DNA from: Bacteroidales bacterium
Lineage (GTDB): Bacteria > Bacteroidota > Bacteroidia > Bacteroidales > UBA932
DNA length: 64,000 nt
Reading direction: 5' to 3'
Assembly (NCBI GenBank): GCA_024398155.1
Contig: JAKSJS010000001.1
Coordinates: 3,233 to 67,232, forward strand
A model generated the notes under the pieces. The model did no database searches. It saw nothing but the letters and a program-made list of their open reading frames with translations, and was not told the origin of the DNA. Both the position numbers and the translations under genes were made by a program. Shown here in pieces: positions 58,980 to 64,000 of this stretch. Position 1 is the first letter of the stretch. Each line of letters begins with the position of its first letter.

Positions 58980-59048
58980 AATATGTCTGAACAGGCATCT
59001 GAACCTGTAATTCCAGCATGGGCTCTTGAACATTCTATAAAATATCCA

Positions 59049-59056
59049 TATATTTG
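59049..59056 (+). promoter_or_regulatory. -7 promoter element for the Rpn leader and gene
   Basis: TATATTTG matches TAnnTTTG, immediately before the structured region. Confidence 0.65.
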
Positions 59057-59058
59057 CT

Positions 59059-59310
59059 CCATAGTTCATTGAGGTGCCGGATACTATGGGAGTAGTGTGA
59101 TTCGTACCCCGCTGCGGGGGAGCCCAGTTTGCCGAAAGCCTGGAGTAGCGTCCGGGACATGGCTTGCTTTCAGCCGTAATAGCGAGGCTGGAGGGCCATA
59201 GTATCGGGACGTTGTCCAGTTCTTCAATGATTAAGGAGGGTGAGTAGCAGCCGGTCCGGGAGCCACGTTGGCAGCCCGGTTGTCTAACTCATAACCTTAA
59301 TCAACTATGG
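59059..59310 (+). ncRNA. Putative structured cis-regulatory leader / ncRNA of unknown class
   Basis: Nested complementary segments: 59059-66/59303-10, 59067-73/59223-29, 59080-89/59196-205, 59168-75/59186-93, 59230-36/59295-301, 59247-54/59276-83. No ORF in the track covers it. Confidence 0.55.
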
Positions 59311-60347
59311 CACGAAAGTACCGTCACTTCGTCTATGACGAAAGACAGAGGTTCATCTATCCCACCTCTGATTGGGGTTTCAAGTATCTTCTTGGAACCG
59401 AAGCTAACAAAGACATCCTTGTCGGAATCCTCCAGAAACTCCTGCCCGAAATGGGCATAGTAAGCCTGGAATATCTACCGAGGGACATTACGATTCCGGT
59501 CGGCAAAATGCGCGATGCAAGTTTTGACGTCCATTGCAAACTGCGTGATGGGAGCCGGATGGTCGTCGAGATGCAGAACTATGTCCGAGGCGCATTTCTG
59601 GACCGCTCACTGATTTATTCGTCCGCTGCGGTTTTGGAACATTATGTCAACTCGCATATTGATGGCTACTCTATCGGGAAGACTGTTTTCCTTGCGTTTC
59701 TTGGCGATCCCCTGTTCAGGCAAATAGACAGGACGCCTGTCCGAATAGGTTTGTGTGATATTGATAGTGAAAAAACGAGCGTGTTGAATGACAAGCTGTT
59801 GCAAATTTTCGTCGAGTTACCTAAATTTGCCGGAAGCTTGACAGAAATCTCCGAAGATACACCCTTCATTGAAAAGCTGTCCATTGTACTGATGGAGATG
59901 GCTGATTGTAAGGAGATACCTCAGAATCTGGGTGATCCACTTTTGGAAAGAATGTTCAAGGCGGCAGATATGAAAACTATGGACATCAATAGAAAATCCG
60001 ACTATATGAAGTCAATACTTGGAGAGGCTGAATATGAGGCCCAACTTCATGATTGGCGGGAGGAGGGTCTCGTTCTTGGTCGCGAAGAGGGTCGCGAAGA
60101 GGGGCGTGCCCTTGGCCTTAAGGAAGGTCGCGAGGAAGGTCGTATGGAAGGTCGCGAGGAAGGCCGTATGGAAGGTCGTATGGAAGGTCGCGAGGAAGGT
60201 CGCGAGGAAGGCCGTATGGAAGGTCGCGAGGAAGAACGCTTGAAAAACGTAAAGGCCATGGAGGATATCGTAAGGAAACTGAAGAAAATGAATCTTTCAG
60301 TGGAAGAGATTTCCAATGTGACCGGTATCCCCGCAGACTCATTATAG
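59307..60347 (+). CDS. Rpn-family recombination-promoting nuclease / PD-(D/E)XK_2 putative transposase
   Basis: SDWGFKYLLG, FDVHC...VVEMQ, RSLIY, FVELPKF, C-terminal GREE repeats and an LSVEEISNVTGI HTH-like tail. Confidence 0.92.
   Translation: MARKYRHFVYDERQRFIYPTSDWGFKYLLGTEANKDILVGILQKLLPEMGIVSLEYLPRDITIPVGKMRDASFDVHCKLRDGSRMVVEMQNYVRGAFLDRSLIYSSAAVLEHYVNSHIDGYSIGKTVFLAFLGDPLFRQIDRTPVRIGLCDIDSEKTSVLNDKLLQIFVELPKFAGSLTEISEDTPFIEKLSIVLMEMADCKEIPQNLGDPLLERMFKAADMKTMDINRKSDYMKSILGEAEYEAQLHDWREEGLVLGREEGREEGRALGLKEGREEGRMEGREEGRMEGRMEGREEGREEGRMEGREEERLKNVKAMEDIVRKLKKMNLSVEEISNVTGIPADSL
60066..60233 (+). repeat. Coding 12-bp tandem repeat, 14 units (GREE/GRME)
   Basis: Units such as GGTCGCGAGGAA, GGTCGTATGGAA and GGCCGTATGGAA in phase inside the Rpn gene. 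Confidence 0.9.
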
Positions 60348-60375
60348 GCTCCATCAACAACGATTATAAGTTACT

Positions 60376-60440
60376 TTTCGAACATTTTCGTGCGGCCCGA
60401 TTGGAATACACACCCACGAAAGTGTTCGAAATTGTTTTTT
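60376..60440 (+). terminator. Long hairpin / terminator after the Rpn gene
   Basis: TTTCGAACATTTTCGTG (60376-92) pairs with CACGAAAGTGTTCGAAA (60415-31) with one G-U and a 22-nt loop, then TTGTTTTTT. Confidence 0.7.
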
Positions 60441-60447
60441 ATATCAC

Positions 60448-60455
60448 TATATTTG
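60448..60455 (+). promoter_or_regulatory. -7 promoter element for tRNA-Pro
   Basis: TATATTTG 10 nt before the tRNA. Confidence 0.7.
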
Positions 60456-60465
60456 CATCCGCAAT

Positions 60466-60539
60466 CGGGGTGTGGCGCAGTTGGTTAGCGTTCCTGGTTT
60501 GGGACCAGGCGGTCCTCCGTTCGAGTCGGAGTACCCCGA
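60466..60539 (+). tRNA. tRNA-Pro(TGG)
   Basis: Acceptor CGGGGTG/TACCCCG, anticodon arm CCTGG-TTTGGGA-CCAGG, T-arm CTCCG-TTCGAGT-CGGAG. CCA is not encoded. Confidence 0.95.
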
Positions 60540-60542
60540 CAG

Positions 60543-61199
60543 ATGATCAAAGCAGAAGGAATAGAGAAAGGATTCGGAAGCCTCAAGGTCTTGAAGGGGC
60601 TTTCCTTCAGCGCGGATAAATCCGAAGTTGTGTCCATCATGGGCGCTTCCGGTGCCGGAAAATCGACCCTCCTCCAGATACTGGGAACTCTCTCGACCCC
60701 TGATGCGGGAAGCCTGCTCATTGACGGCATAGACGTCCTTTCGCTCGATTCAAAGACCCTTTCCGAATTCCGCAACCGCAAGATAGGATTTGTATTCCAG
60801 GCCCACCATCTCCTTCCCGAATTCACAGCCCTCGAAAACGTCATGATTCCCGCCTTCATAGCCGGGCGTCCGGAGAAGGACGCGCGCGAAGCCGCGCTTT
60901 CTCTCCTTGCCGACATGGGCCTTTCGGAAAGGATCTCCCATAAACCCTCGGAACTCTCCGGAGGAGAGCAGCAGAGGGTCGCGATAGCCCGTGCGCTGGT
61001 AAACAATCCTTCAGTCCTGTTCGCTGACGAGCCTTCCGGCAATCTGGATACGGTAACGAAAGCGGAGATCCACAAGCTCTTCTTCGACCTTCGTGACAAG
61101 TACGGCCAGACAATAGTGATCGTTACCCACGACCCCGAGCTCGCAAAGATGTGCGACCGCTCCCTTTTCATGAGGGATGGAGTGTTCGTTGACGAGTAA
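60543..61199 (+). CDS. lolD: ABC ATP-binding protein, LolD-like
   Basis: [57 protein letters not shown]. Confidence 0.85.
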   Translation: MIKAEGIEKGFGSLKVLKGLSFSADKSEVVSIMGASGAGKSTLLQILGTLSTPDAGSLLIDGIDVLSLDSKTLSEFRNRKIGFVFQAHHLLPEFTALENVMIPAFIAGRPEKDAREAALSLLADMGLSERISHKPSELSGGEQQRVAIARALVNNPSVLFADEPSGNLDTVTKAEIHKLFFDLRDKYGQTIVIVTHDPELAKMCDRSLFMRDGVFVDE

Positions 61200-61214
61200 T
61201 CCCGCCCTCTTCCC

Positions 61215-61931
61215 ATGGGCGTCTTCCGTTTCAAGAAATTCTCTGTAGTGAATGACCGTTCAGCGATGAAGGTCAATACTGACGGCGTGCTGCTCGGTGT
61301 ATCAATGACTGTAGAAGGCTCTCCCGTGCGCCTTCTGGATATCGGTACCGGTACGGGAACGATAGCCCTGATTGCCGCCCAGAGGCTTTCAGAGATGGGA
61401 ATCGGCACCTTCCATATCGATGCGATAGACATAGACGGACCCTCGGCGGCCGAGGCAGGAGAGAATTTCTCCGCCTCGCCCTGGGCCTCTTCCATGTCCG
61501 CTGTCCATACCCCCCTTTCGGAGTTCAAGACCGAAGGGCATTACGACATGATATTCTCCAACCCTCCTTATTTCGAGGATTCGCTGGAGAACCCCGAAGC
61601 CCGCAAGGCGGGTTCCCGTCATACTTCGAGCCTTTCTTTCCGCGACATACTTGTCTTTGCGGAAAGCGCCCTCGCTCCTGACGGCCGCCTCTCGCTCGTC
61701 CTTCCCTTCGACCGGCTTGAGCCGCTCCTTAGGGAAGCCCGCTCGCGCGGCTTTCATGCCTCGCGCCTCCTGCGCATCCGTACGTCGTCGTCCAAGCCCT
61801 TCACTCGCGTTGTAGCCGAGTTCTCACGTTTACGTGTCGGGATGGTCGAAGAGGAACTCTCTATACAGGACAAGGGAGAGTATACTCCAGAGTACCTCTC
61901 CCTTGTAAAGGATTTCTATCTTTTCGCCTAG
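61215..61931 (+). CDS. yfiC: tRNA1(Val) adenine(37)-N6-methyltransferase (YfiC/TrmN6)
   Basis: FRFKKF, MKVNTDGVLLG, LDIGTGTG, SNPPYF, ending KDFYL. Confidence 0.93.
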   Translation: MGVFRFKKFSVVNDRSAMKVNTDGVLLGVSMTVEGSPVRLLDIGTGTGTIALIAAQRLSEMGIGTFHIDAIDIDGPSAAEAGENFSASPWASSMSAVHTPLSEFKTEGHYDMIFSNPPYFEDSLENPEARKAGSRHTSSLSFRDILVFAESALAPDGRLSLVLPFDRLEPLLREARSRGFHASRLLRIRTSSSKPFTRVVAEFSRLRVGMVEEELSIQDKGEYTPEYLSLVKDFYLFA

Positions 61932-61934
61932 GGC

Positions 61935-64000
61935 CTATTCGAACAGCGCGTTGAGGATGTTGGCGGCTCTTTCACGGCGGGCCTGTTTTTCCTCTTCCGA
62001 AGGTTTGTTCTTTTCCTTCTTATTCTTCTTTCCGGAATTGCCCGAGGCGTTCTGTTCGGGTTCCTGGGCGGGTTTCTCTTCCTTCGTTGTCACCGAAGGG
62101 GTATAACTCTCGGGAGCGGCAATGTTACAGGGCGCCTTGCTGAGTTTGAGGTCGTGGAAGACATACTGTCCGGAGCGCTTGTCGCCGCACTCAAGCCAGA
62201 ACATGAGCTGGTTGCACTTGAAGATGGGGACAGTGACAGTCAGGGGCTCCATCTTGTTTGTCAGCCAGTATTCACCGACCAGCCTCTGGTCCGCGAATAC
62301 GTCGAGCTTCACGGGATTGTCGTAAGCTTCAGCACTCCTGTTGAGGAGCTTGTCGAACTCGTCCACATGCTCGTAGGAGTTTTCCACAGTGAATGTACAG
62401 CTCTCATACTCGCCGAAGGGGTTGAAGGCGGCGGCTGAGGACTGGTGCTCTCCGGAGCAGAGCAGAAGCGAGCTCAGCCCGCCGGGAGCTCCGGCGGAGA
62501 TGCCGGTCGCAGCGGCAACGGGGCTCGAACTGATGGCATGTCCCGCACCGCAGGTGAATATGAAGACGGCGTCCATGAGTGAGACATCCTCGAGTCCGAG
62601 GGCGACATTGGCCTCGAGCATGAAGCCCTTGAATATCTGTCTTCCGTCCTTCATCGTGAAGTATTCCCTCTTTGTGCTGCCGTCATGGAAGCAGTCGTCC
62701 ATCGAGAAGTTCGTGATTGTGCTGACGAACCTTCCGCAGTAGTGGAAATAGGGAGCTTCACAAAGGTCGATAAGGTCGGCGGTGTACGGGCAGTCGGGGG
62801 TCTCGTGTACGAAAATGTCGTTCTCGACCGGCTTCCCGCGATAGAGGACCACGTCAGCGACGCCGATGACGGTCTGTTTCTTCCGGCCGCTGCCGGGTCT
62901 TGCGAAGCGGAGCGTATGGCACTTGTAGACGGGCACCTCATAATGCTGGTTGGGCCATGTGCAGTATATCCTCTGGTCGAAGACGAGCTTGCCGTCGGCA
63001 TAGATGCGGAGGTCGTCGTCATCGAGTATATGCTTTTTGCTGAGGCATCCTACGTCGAAGCTGATCCAGTCGAACTCTCCGCCGAGGTCATATTCGACAT
63101 AGGAATCTATCCTGTCCTCGATGAGGTTGTTGCCGGTCGTGAGGAGCATGCCCTCCCAGAAGTGGTAGCCTCCCATGGAGAAGGTATAGTGTTTCGACTC
63201 GCCATAGAACATCGTGTCGTACGCGTCGTTGAAGCCGCGGACAGAGTAGGGCCGAATGTTCGACATGAGGGGGCAGACATCGGGCAGTGCCATGAGCTTG
63301 TCCTTATTGACGCTCACTATGCCCTCCTCGGGGAGGGTGGTGTCGCCCTGGGTGTATGCGAATATGTCGACGATGCCGAAGGTTATCGAGCCGAGCATGT
63401 CTCCCGAGCGGCGCTCGCAGTAGAAGGAAAGCTGCTCCTTGCCCTTGACGTCGAGCACGACCTGTCTTGCGAGGTCGTCCTGGCTGACGATTTCCTCATA
63501 TATTGTCTTGCCGTCGGCCTTGACGACGAGCCATGCGGTAACATTGTGGCTCTGGTTGTCGCGGGGGCCCACTATGAAGGATACCTTGTCGTATCGCTTG
63601 TTCAGCCAGAAGAAGCTCCATCCGCCGTAGCCTTCGACCAGCCCGTCGCTTGCTGTAAGCTGGATTCCGGAATCGAAGACCTTGCGGTTGATGCTGATGG
63701 AACTCGTCCGGTCATCCCAGAAGAGGTCCTGGTTGTCCGTTATCAGTTTCGCATAGCCTCCGCCGCGGGTGAAATAGGGCATGTGCTGCTTTACAAGCTG
63801 GATTTTACCCTTGGGCAGCTTGTCCATGGGGTTGGTGGCGACAACGGCATTCTGACCGGCTTTCCATAGCTTCGGAACGCCGATACCGATGTTCTGGGAA
63901 CCCTTGACATGCTTGAAGGTGACCTTCTGCACTCCGGTTACGTCCAGCGTCACGTAGCGGACCTCGTCATAGTCATGGATGACCTCGTCCAATATGGTTT
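61935..64000 (-). CDS. NPCBM/NEW2-like repeat protein, 5'-partial
   Basis: Repeated modules (YDKVSFIVG...VKADGK...LDVKGKEQLSF; FDWISFDVG...IYADGK...VPVYKCHTLRF; YESCTFTV...VFADQR...VPIFKCNQLMF). The frame is open to the window edge. Confidence 0.7.
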   Translation of the reverse strand, partial: TILDEVIHDYDEVRYVTLDVTGVQKVTFKHVKGSQNIGIGVPKLWKAGQNAVVATNPMDKLPKGKIQLVKQHMPYFTRGGGYAKLITDNQDLFWDDRTSSISINRKVFDSGIQLTASDGLVEGYGGWSFFWLNKRYDKVSFIVGPRDNQSHNVTAWLVVKADGKTIYEEIVSQDDLARQVVLDVKGKEQLSFYCERRSGDMLGSITFGIVDIFAYTQGDTTLPEEGIVSVNKDKLMALPDVCPLMSNIRPYSVRGFNDAYDTMFYGESKHYTFSMGGYHFWEGMLLTTGNNLIEDRIDSYVEYDLGGEFDWISFDVGCLSKKHILDDDDLRIYADGKLVFDQRIYCTWPNQHYEVPVYKCHTLRFARPGSGRKKQTVIGVADVVLYRGKPVENDIFVHETPDCPYTADLIDLCEAPYFHYCGRFVSTITNFSMDDCFHDGSTKREYFTMKDGRQIFKGFMLEANVALGLEDVSLMDAVFIFTCGAGHAISSSPVAAATGISAGAPGGLSSLLLCSGEHQSSAAAFNPFGEYESCTFTVENSYEHVDEFDKLLNRSAEAYDNPVKLDVFADQRLVGEYWLTNKMEPLTVTVPIFKCNQLMFWLECGDKRSGQYVFHDLKLSKAPCNIAAPESYTPSVTTKEEKPAQEPEQNASGNSGKKNKKEKNKPSEEEKQARRERAANILNALFE

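Noticed and set aside
59230-59301. Twister ribozyme in the Rpn leader (GCCGGUCC...AGCCCGG, GAGGG opposite UAA)
   Set aside because: The motif fragments resemble twister, but the helix nesting differs and the CCC/AAGC loop is absent. I would not call it without a covariance-model hit or a cleavage assay.
59059-59306. Cobalamin riboswitch, hammerhead ribozyme or group II intron remnant
   Set aside because: No ordered AGGGAA...GCCACUG...B12 box, no CUGANGA core and no domain V hairpin.
60466-60539. tRNA-Pro as the integration site of the PUL island
   Set aside because: The island lies 5' of the tRNA, I saw no duplicated tRNA fragment at the left border, and there is no integrase in the window.
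2021-63869. Long antisense or overlapping ORFs (e.g. 2021-3310, 6816-7823, 8030-9229, 9126-10316, 22948-24486, 49479-50729, 60485-61528, 62685-63869)
   Set aside because: They shadow well-supported genes on the opposite strand, have no motifs, and are expected from GC-rich codon bias.

Overview
A 64 kb chromosomal segment of a Bacteroidales bacterium, judged from TAnnTTTG promoters, SusC/SusD and lipoprotein-rich genes. A gut or rumen anaerobe is inferred. The left part (1-24.8 kb) is mostly GC-rich housekeeping genes: membrane PPase, sufB-pnuC-sufC-sufD-ispE-tsaE, two secreted hydrolases, comM, ECF sigma plus beta-barrel partner, TPR-EnvC-epimerase, mdh, PPTase and nrdDG. Embedded in it is an AT-rich HUH/Y1 (RAYT-type) nuclease translationally coupled to comM. 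The comM-RAYT pair is bracketed by doublets of an 89-bp composite palindromic repeat, with a fifth copy at 19.7 kb. From 24.8 to 59.0 kb lies a large, less GC-rich polysaccharide utilisation locus (PUL): membrane-anchored regulator, SusC/D, 4 GH92, 3 GxGYxYP-family proteins, a CotH kinase split by one TAG, SGNH esterase and a GH28-like pair. It also carries an unusual cytoplasmic module, an HldE-like kinase-HAD fusion plus two deoxyhypusine-synthase-fold paralogues. Next comes an Rpn/PD-(D/E)XK nuclease gene with a ~250-nt highly structured leader that pairs with its own start codon, then tRNA-Pro, a LolD-like ATPase, a tRNA m6A37 methyltransferase and a partial NPCBM-repeat protein. The best candidates for undescribed biology are the comM-RAYT/composite-REP system, the Rpn leader RNA, and the possible heptose-catabolic PUL module. 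All family calls come from motif recognition by eye; no searches were run.
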